Assembly (NCBI GenBank): GCA_013239625.1
Contig: MU054323.1
Span: 3,958,161 to 4,022,160, forward strand
Source of the DNA: Lama guanicoe
Lineage: Eukaryota
Reading direction: 5' to 3'
DNA length: 64,000 nt
The position numbers were made by a program, and so were the translations under genes. Under the pieces are notes generated by a model. That model was not told the origin of the DNA and did no database searches. It worked only from the letters and a program-made list of their open reading frames with translations. Positions 58,217 to 64,000 of the stretch are shown one piece after another (within the stretch, counting starts at the first letter, position 1; each line of letters opens with the position of its first letter).

Positions 58217-58460
58217 ATTAGCAGAGTGGTTAAGAGCACACACTCCGGAGCAAGAGGTCTGGGCTTGCACTACAGTTCTGTCACTTACGTGTTATGTGAC
58301 TGGGGGCATGCTATTTTATCTCTTGTGCCTCTGTTTCCTTATCTGTAAAAAGGGGATCAAAATAGACTGTTCCTACTTGATGAGGTTTTATGATTATTAA
58401 ATGAGTTAATACAGATAAGGTACTGGGCATAGTTCTTGTGCATGGTAAACAGTTCATAAG
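58217..58460 (+). mobile_element. MIR SINE
   Basis: gagtggttaagagcac...tgtgactgggggca...gcctctgtttccttatctgtaaaa. Confidence 0.8.
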
Positions 58461-59657
58461 TATGACTGTCATTGGTCTGTCATTATACACTTTTACATTC
58501 AGTTCCCTTTCTTCTCCCAAATGTCTGTGATCTTCTGATATGCACACACCATGTCGACTTCAGACATTTTCCCAAGATGAATAAAAAGTTCTCCTGCTAG
58601 TTTATACTCTTGTAGAGGAAGTAAGACCTACAAGTATAGCCAAACTATAAGACCAAATATTATTGCCCTAGAAGAGATGCAGCAACTGCTGGGGTCACAG
58701 GAGGTGGATAAAGGAGATAAAGTGCTGTGATGAAAGAGCTAAACCTTTGAGGGGTTTTGCAGTAAGTTTCCTTGGATGCCAACTGAATGGCCAGTAGACT
58801 TTTTTTCATGACACGAAGGATGTCCATGGTATTTTCTTTATTAAGTGAGATTTATCTTTCCATCTGAGGTAGAAACAGTAACTTTTCATTTCGTAAAATG
58901 AATTTCAGCTTCTTATTTGGTATCTTTATGCTTTCAATGGAGGGTCTTAGAAATCTTGAAACTCTCAAATTATTTTTCAGATCAGATCAGCTCCTTCATC
59001 TACCTTTAACATTTATGAAAAACAGAATTCTTTCTAATTTGTAAAAATATCATTGTAAGTATCATTATAAAGTTTGCAATACAATTAAAATATCCATGGT
59101 TGGGCTGAACACTGAGTTGCCTTAGAACCTCCTGAACAGTGTAGAAGTGGATGGGCTGCCCAGGTCCCTGGTCTCCAGTCAGGTGGAAAGTAAACCATCA
59201 CAGTGAGGTGTGATAAAGAGTATTCTTAAGTTGAAGAATTCAGAATTGAAACTCATGATTTTGTGATTTGTCATGTAGAAAAATATTTTCCAAAATTTTA
59301 GTTTCTTAAAAGATTAATATTAGAGGACAAAATGCATCTAGTTCTCCACTAATCGAATAAGTTGTTCCAAAGCTTCTGAAGGCTGTGGCTCTCCCAGACA
59401 TGGCCATGAAAAAAAATTGGGCTTTCAGACCTTGTGTAACTCCCCTGGTCTCTAAGGATCTTTTTACCTCATCCTCAAATTACAGGAGTTTAACTAAATA
59501 ATCTGATTCTCTGGTTCTTTATTCCCTCTGCTCTCACCTTCTGTAATTTTATTTTAGTTATTTTTTGAAAGTTACTACCATTTCAAAACCACACTAATAC
59601 ATCATTTTTTAAAATGTCCATTACAAGGACTTATTTCAAGTCCTTTTTTATATATGT

Positions 59658-60860
59658 CTTTTTTTTTATTGAGGTATAGTCAATTTACAATGTTGTGTTA
59701 GTTCTGGTGTACAGTATAGTGATAAAGTAATACATATATTCTTTTTCATATTCTTTTTCCTTATAGGATATTACAAGGTATTGAACATAGTTCCCTGTGC
59801 TATACAGTAGGACCTTATCTATTTTATATATAGTAGTATTTATCTGCAAATCCAGAACTCTCAATTTATCTCTCCTCATCTCTATTCCTCCCTGGTAACC
59901 ATAACTTTGTTTTATATGTCTGTGAGACTGTCTCTCTTTTGTAAATAAGTTCATTTGTGTCCTTCTTTTAGATTCCACTTATAAGGGATAAGTTTTGCTG
60001 TAAAATGGCATTATTTTATTCTTTTTTATGGCTGAGTAGTATTCCATTGTAGAAATATACCACATGTTTACCACAGAGTACCATAACTTCTTTATCTAGT
60101 CATCTGTCCATGGCCATTTAAGTTGCTTCCAAGACTTGATTATTGCAAATAGTTCTGCTATGAACATTGGGGTGCATGTATCTTTTCACATTAAAGTTTC
60201 CTCTGGATATATGCCCAGGAGTGGGATTGCTAAATCATAGGGTAAGTCTACTTTCTGTATTTTAAGGAATCTCCCTACCATTTTCCATAATGGCTGCACC
60301 AAACTATATTCCCACCAACAGAGTATGAGGGTTCCCTTTTCTCCACACCCTGTCCAGCATTTATCCTTTGTGGACTTTTTAATGATGGCCGTACTGACCA
60401 ATGTGAGGTAATACCTCACTGTAGTTTTGATTTGCATTTCTCTGATAATTAGTGATATTGAGCATTTTTTCATGTGCTTCTTGGCCATCTGTATGTCTTC
60501 ATTGGAGAAATATTTATGTCTTCTGCTGATTTTTGGATTGGGTTGTTTGCTTTTTTTTTATTAAGTTGTATGAGCTGTTTGTATATTCTGGAAATTAAGC
60601 CCTTGTCAGTTGAATTGTTTATAAATATTTTCTCCCAATCTGTACGTTGTCCTTTTGTTTTGTTTATAGTTTCCTCTGCTGTGCAAAAGCCTGTAAGTTT
60701 ACTTAGGTCCCATTTGTTTATTTTGTTTTTATTTCTATCGCCTGGGTAGACTGCCCTAGAACATCGCTACGATTTATACCAGAGAATGTTTTGCCTGGTT
60801 CTCTTACAGGAGGTTTATGGTGTCTTGTCTTATGTTTAAGACTTTGAGCCATTTTGAGTT
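59658..60860 (-). mobile_element. 5'-truncated L1 (ORF2 C-terminus and 3'UTR)
   Basis: [25 protein letters not shown]...[14 protein letters not shown]; poly-T at left end. Confidence 0.93.
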
Positions 60861-61093
60861 TTGTGGGAACATAAGTTTTCATTTCCCTGAGACACATGCC
60901 CAAGAGGACACTGCGGGGTCATATGGTAAGCATGTGTTTACCTCTGTAAGAAACTGCCATGCTCTTTTCCCGGAGTGGCCAAGTGGGCAAGCTAGGCAGC
61001 ACACCTTGGAAAAACCCAAGTTATGATTCCAGAAATGTCCAAGATGAATAAATACAGCTCTGTGACGCTCACAGTTCAAGACTAAACATTGCT

Positions 61094-61260
61094 GGGGGAA
61101 GGATACAGCTCAGTGGTAGAGCCTGTGCTTAGCATGCATGAAGTCCTAGGTTCAACCCCCAGGACGTCCATTAAAAACATAAAAAAATACACCTAATTTA
61201 AAAAAATGAGAACTAAAAAAAATCTAAAAAACTCACCAGAGTCACTAAAAAAAAAGAAAA
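61094..61260 (+). mobile_element. tRNA-derived SINE (camelid Vic-1-like)
   Basis: A/B boxes, poly-A tail, degenerate TSD aagactaaacattg / aagaccaaatattg. Confidence 0.85.
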
Positions 61261-62769
61261 AAGACCAAATATTGTCTATGATGGCCAACCAGATGCAAGA
61301 AGCAAATTTATCTTTCTCTGGTGGGAACACACACATTATTAGCTAACAGTGAATGTACAGATGTATGTTTATTCATTTCACCCGTCAGTAATGTTGTGTC
61401 TTGAAGAAACTAGAGACGCACTGAGTTAAATGAAATAATTTGCTAATTTCTGCCATCTCACTCTTATCCACCTCCCACCTTCCTGGCCTGGCCCTGGACT
61501 GGAAAAGAATTAGATACACATCATTCAACTTCAGGTGATAATTTAATTTACCCAACTAACTCCTGTAGTTGTCACATGATAAGCTTCCTAGGGGCCTGGG
61601 AGTGATAAGCCCCTGGAGTGAGAGAGGTCTGGGAGGCAAGGACTGAAGCTGTTTACTCATTTCTGTGGGCCCACTGGTGCTTGTTTTCCCAGCATCAGTT
61701 TTCTGGTTTGAAGGTGAAGCTTTTTTAAAAGATCAGCTGCAAAATGCAAGATTATCTTGTATGTATGAGCTTTATGCTCTTTTTTACGATTACTATTCAT
61801 CTCGTCAACAGTTCTTTCCTGGGCCTACTGAGAACGCAGCACTGTGCTAGCCACATGGGAAAGACATATACAGCACTGTCCTTGCCCTCCTGAAAAATCA
61901 GAACACATAACAGTGAGTAGAAGAGAATACAAGGCTCCTGCTGCTTCTTCTTCTTTGCTCCTTATTCAAGGTTCAAGAGATTATTCTTTCCTTAGGATCT
62001 GGGTAAAGAGCCCAACAGTTGAATCTGACAGTCTAGGAGGAGTAGGATGATCTCACCAGCTTCCCAAGAAGGAAAGTCAAGATAAGATGCTGGCTGCCAA
62101 TGACAAATCCACTGGAGACATCCATCTTTGCATCAAGCACCATCCGTTCTATGGCAAGGAAGCTGGGGTAAATATTGTCTTGGTGCTCCTGCAGGGAGGT
62201 GTTTGCAGGTGGAGACAGGAAGCCATTCTGTTGGGACTGAGAGCTCTTGGTGGTCTCAAGTGCTGAGCGATAGCCAAAAAAGCTGTGAATGATAGAGAGT
62301 TTACTGCCATTCCACTTCCCGCCTGCCCCTGGACTCTGACCTGCTCTGGGCAAGCAATACATTTGCCTGTCTGGCTTTGCTTGTGGTGTGTTAAGAAAGC
62401 AGCAGGGTTGGCCTCGAAGAGTTTCTTTCCAATCCTGTGTTTTGTACTAGATTTGGTCACATGTTTCAGATAACTGAGTAACTGCTTCACCTGTGTTGTT
62501 ATCCTCTTCTGCTTCTGGAGGTTCTCATTTCACGCATTGTGCCCTCTCTCTCTTGTCTCCAGACTCTGCTCCATCAGCAATATGGTTGTTCCATGCTTTG
62601 GAATCAGGCATCCTGTGGGCGCCCGGCTTCGAAACTCACTGATCGGCCTAACAGGAGGCAGCCTCTTTGTTGAACCTCTTAGACTGAGTTTTCCCATTTT
62701 TAAAGCGGTGGTAAGAACTATCTTATTACTTCACAGACTCTGAAATTAGGCTTCTGGTTCAATTTTGAC

Positions 62770-62955
62770 TGTAGTTTTACAACTGTATGCCTGGAGATAT
62801 GCTTTATTTCTCTGTCCCTCAATATTCTCATCTGCAAAATGGGGGTGATAATACCGTGTACCTCATAAGAGTTGTTTGTGAGGATTAAATGAGGTAATAG
62901 ATGTAAAGTGTCCATATGCTACACTGGGAAATAGCAAGCACTCAATGAAGTTAAA
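62770..62955 (+). mobile_element. MIR SINE
   Basis: ctctgtccctcaatattctcatctgcaaaatgggggtgataat...ttgtgaggattaaatgag. Confidence 0.8.
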
Positions 62956-63099
62956 TATTACTATCATATCAGAATTATTCTGAGAATTAACCAAGAATGC
63001 ATATATAAAATGATTCATACTGTACATAAAAACATGCTATGTTATTTGCACATATAAAACTTATCAAATCCCTGCTAACTTTAAGAAGTTTTTAATACT

Positions 63100-64000
63100 G
63101 AATCACTATCTCTCCCTATTCCTCCTTGATTTTCCTACAACTTTTCCAAAATGCAGTTCACGTATACATCACCTCCATTTTCTCACTTCCATTCACTCCT
63201 CAGCTGAGTTGTAATCTGGTGTAGAGCCTCTCCCACCACTAAAACCCATAAGAACTGTTTTATTAAGGGTGCCAAAACTTATTTAACACATCAAGTGTCA
63301 TCAACTCAATCTTTATTCTGCTAGACCTTATTTCAACTTTTGACACTGATACATGTTGCCTCTTTCTTGAGGTCTTACTCTCCTGATGAATTTCATGTCA
63401 TTGCATTCTGCTAGTTCTCCTCCCATCCTGCACAAAGCATCTTTGCAACCTACTTTACAACTATTGCTTTATCTGTTCTTTAAATGTCAGTCTTCTCCTG
63501 GGCTCTGTTCTTGCTACTTCCAAACTCACGTCTCCTACGGCTTCAACCTCCATCTGTATGCTGATGGCTCCTCACTTACATTTTCAGCCAAATTTTCTTA
63601 TTTGAGATCCTCACCCACATACATAACTGCCATCCAACTGGAGGTCCTGCAGTCATCTCAAACACAACATTTTCAAAACTGAATACATCATCTCACTCAT
63701 CCTCGAATTTAAATCTGTCATATATGTTCCCTATTTTAGAAAATGGTGTCTTCCATGTGCCCAAACCAGGATCCCGGGAGTCATCACAGAGCCTTCTTCT
63801 TTCACTCCCGCACCCTGTCCATCACAAAACCCAGTCAAGTCTACTTTCTAAGTATCTCCTTTACTTGTTTCTCCTCCCATTCTCTACTGCCACTGATCTG
63901 GACATGTCTCTCCTGTATTACTGCAAGAGCCTTCTTGCACCCCAGCTACAGCCACGCAATTCATTGTATAGTTCCCTGAATACTTCAAAGTCTTTCATTT
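63100..64000 (+). mobile_element. Degenerate L2 LINE fragment running off the window
   Basis: catctgtatgctgatggctcc; catctcaaacacaacattttcaaaactgaa; L2-like pyrimidine-rich body. Confidence 0.65.

Overview
Mammalian genomic DNA containing one complete, apparently intact apolipoprotein B gene (APOB) on the minus strand. The tRNA-derived SINEs suggest a camelid (inference). I could place all 29 coding exons by splice sites and reading frame: ATG at 45020, stop TAA at 6673-6675, 13,707 nt CDS, 4,568-aa precursor with a 23-aa signal peptide, including the 7,578-nt exon 26. The GC-rich proximal promoter (TATA-like, HNF4, C/EBP and FOXA sites), an intron-2 HNF1 enhancer site, the APOBEC1 C-to-U editing cassette (edited C at 15248, mature Gln2153, giving ApoB48), a GC-AG intron 20 and the poly(A) signal are all visible. 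Flanks and introns carry L1, L2, MIR, MLT1/MLT2, MER and SINE remnants. I found no evidence of a wholly new biological system; the striking system here (ApoB100/ApoB48 editing) is well known. The best second-look items are a relic copy of the intron12/exon13 junction in intron 9, a perfect 130-bp tandem duplication upstream of the promoter, an old duplicated enhancer-like module with D-boxes, loss of the secondary editing cytidine, and a remodelled cysteine/receptor-site landscape. All human comparisons are from recalled sequence and need confirming by alignment.
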